64,000 bases of DNA. Source: Nitriliruptoraceae bacterium. Lineage in GTDB: Bacteria; Actinomycetota; Nitriliruptoria; Nitriliruptorales; Nitriliruptoraceae. Below are positions 62,607 to 64,000 of the stretch, piece by piece; the first letter of the stretch is position 1; every line of letters starts with the position of its first letter. The notes beneath the pieces are model-generated. The model saw only the letters and a program-made list of their open reading frames with translations, ran no database searches and was not told the DNA's origin. A program made the translations under genes and the position numbers. The stretch covers positions 8,701-72,700 of the forward strand of contig SLHP01000006.1 in assembly GCA_007136095.1 (NCBI GenBank). The letters are read 5' to 3'.

Positions 62607-62801
62607 CTACTGCCCGCCCTTCTGGACGTAGCCGCGGACGAACTCCTCCGCGTTCTCCTCGAGCACGTCGTCGATCTCGTCGAGCAGCTCATCGACGTCG
62701 TCAAGCACGTCCTTGGCATCCGACTCTGGAGTCTCCTCGACGTGCTCCTCGGGCTCCTGCTCGGAACCGCCGCCCTTACGAACCTGGCCACCGTCGCTCA
62801 T
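62607..62801 (-). CDS. pup: Prokaryotic ubiquitin-like protein Pup
   Basis: The 64-aa acidic protein ends in FVRGYVQKGGQ. GAGGAG lies 7 nt upstream of the chosen ATG. The terminal Gln implies Dop-dependent deamidation. Confidence 0.92.
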   Translation of the reverse strand: MSDGGQVRKGGGSEQEPEEHVEETPESDAKDVLDDVDELLDEIDDVLEENAEEFVRGYVQKGGQ

Positions 62802-62861
62802 CGGAAGGCTCCTCATGTCGACCTGCCCCTGCAGCGTACCGACCGCGGCGCAGGGTCCCCC

Positions 62862-64000
62862 TCAGCTGGTGAGCCGGTCCAGGAGTTCCGCGGCACTGTC
62901 CACGCTGTCGAGCAGCTCCGCGGTCATGGCCCGTGTTCCGCGTCCCGGTTCCATCATCGGCACCCGCTGGAGCGCATCGCGGCCGACGTCGAAGATCAGT
63001 GCGTCCCACCCGGCGGCGACGACCTGATCGCGGAACCGTCGGATGCACTCGCCACGGAACCACGCGCGGGTGTCCTCCGGCGGGGTCGTCATGGCCGCAT
63101 CGACCTCGGCATCGGTGATCAGCCGCTCGACGCGGCCGCGCGCCGCCAGCCGCTGGTACAGGCCCTTGTCCTGCCGGACGTCGTGGTACTGCAGGTCGAC
63201 CATCTTGAGGCGGTCGTGTCCCCAGTCGAGGTCGTGGCGGTCCCGGAAGCTCTCCAGGAGGGCGAGCTTGGTGGCCCAGTCCACCTGTCCGTCCAGGGCC
63301 CGGGGGTCGCGCTCAGCGGTCGTCAGGACCGCTTCCCACCGGTCGAGGACCGCCGTGGTCCCGACGTCATCGACGTTGCCCTCCTTGACGTAGCGCTGGC
63401 AGGCGTCGAGGTAGTGCCACTGGATCTCGAGCGCGGTCATGCGGCTGCCGTCGTCCATCCGCAGCGGCTGGGCACAGGTCAGATCGTGGCTGACCCGGTG
63501 GAAGGCACGGACCGGATCGGCCAGTCCGGGCAGCTCCGGCAACGCTTCGTCCTCGATGACGTCCAGCAGGAGCAGCATCGTGCCGACCTTCAGGAAGGTC
63601 GCGACCTCGCACAGGTTGGCGTCGCCGTTGATCACGTGCAGTCGGCGGTAGAGCTCCGGATCCGCGTGCGGTTCATCGCGGGTGTTCATCAGTGGCCGCT
63701 TGAGCGTCGTCTCGAGCCCGACCTCGACCTCGAAGAAGTCCGCGCGTTGGGACAACTGGTAGGGCACGTCGACCTCGTCGAACTCGTTGCCCGTCCGGCC
63801 CGCGCCGACGTACACCAGGCGGCTGACGAAGAACGGCAGCAGTTGGCGCGTCAGACGGCCGAACGGGACCGACCGCGGGACGAGGTAGTTCTCGTGCGTC
63901 CCGTAGGCTGCACCCTTGCCGTCGGTGTTGTTCTTGTGGATCAGCACCCGGCTTCCCGGTGGCAGGGTCGTCACCGCCTGGGCGGCGGCATCCTCGAGGA
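62862..64000 (-). CDS. dop: Pup deamidase/depupylase Dop; N-terminus lies outside the window
   Basis: The protein is a PafA paralog (THENYL, HVINGDANL). It sits immediately upstream of pup, and the frame remains open to the right edge. Confidence 0.88.
   Translation of the reverse strand, partial: LEDAAAQAVTTLPPGSRVLIHKNNTDGKGAAYGTHENYLVPRSVPFGRLTRQLLPFFVSRLVYVGAGRTGNEFDEVDVPYQLSQRADFFEVEVGLETTLKRPLMNTRDEPHADPELYRRLHVINGDANLCEVATFLKVGTMLLLLDVIEDEALPELPGLADPVRAFHRVSHDLTCAQPLRMDDGSRMTALEIQWHYLDACQRYVKEGNVDDVGTTAVLDRWEAVLTTAERDPRALDGQVDWATKLALLESFRDRHDLDWGHDRLKMVDLQYHDVRQDKGLYQRLAARGRVERLITDAEVDAAMTTPPEDTRAWFRGECIRRFRDQVVAAGWDALIFDVGRDALQRVPMMEPGRGTRAMTAELLDSVDSAAELLDRLTS

Noticed and set aside
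1-64000. PafBC-type RecA-NDp promoter motifs (TGTCRGTG-N8-TANNNT) near the repair-related genes (5'-3' exonuclease, PD-(D/E)XK nuclease, helY).
   Set aside because: A visual scan found only partial matches, for example CGTCAGTG at 7852 without a correctly spaced -10. This was not a rigorous search, and a PWM scan would be needed.

Overview
High-GC (roughly 70%) chromosomal segment of an actinobacterium, densely packed with housekeeping genes. I cannot name the species; many strongly acidic proteins hint at a salt-adapted lineage, which is inference only. Two blocks match known Mycobacterium tuberculosis gene orders. The first is gcvH, a GarA-like FHA protein, MerR, a DUF151 nuclease and MerR (Rv1826-Rv1830-like) at 4-8.5 kb. 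The second is an M24 peptidase, helY, tatC, tatA, pafC, pafB, pafA, prcA, prcB, pup and dop (Rv2089c-Rv2112c-like) at 50-64 kb, all on the minus strand. Between them lie pepA, an Opu-type osmoprotectant ABC transporter, serC, an aspartate aminotransferase, ahcY, aat, murJ, csp-clpS-DUF2017, hisN, lnt and others. There are two tRNAs, Pro-GGG and Glu-UUC. I saw no rRNA, CRISPR array, integrase or transposase. The only accessory-looking stretch is about 13.8-21.2 kb: four uncharacterised genes, a low-GC patch, a ParE/RHH toxin-antitoxin pair, a small Cys-containing ORF, and MFS plus DrrAB-like exporters with an XRE-cupin regulator. I cannot defend any complete novel system from sequence alone. 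The leads I would follow up first are: (1) an in-frame Zn-ribbon-like extension upstream of rnhA with no canonical start codon; (2) a 66-aa Cys-rich ORF with strong codon bias downstream of three exporter genes; (3) a histone-H1-like KKSPAKKAA repeat protein; (4) a 24-bp perfect duplicate of the serC 3' end; (5) the uncharacterised sigma-like, PH-membrane and RHH-like block; (6) lineage-specific small genes inside the paf-tat-helY cluster. Start codons were chosen by in-frame inspection and Shine-Dalgarno motifs and are less certain than stops. All product calls rest on motifs I recognised, not on database searches.
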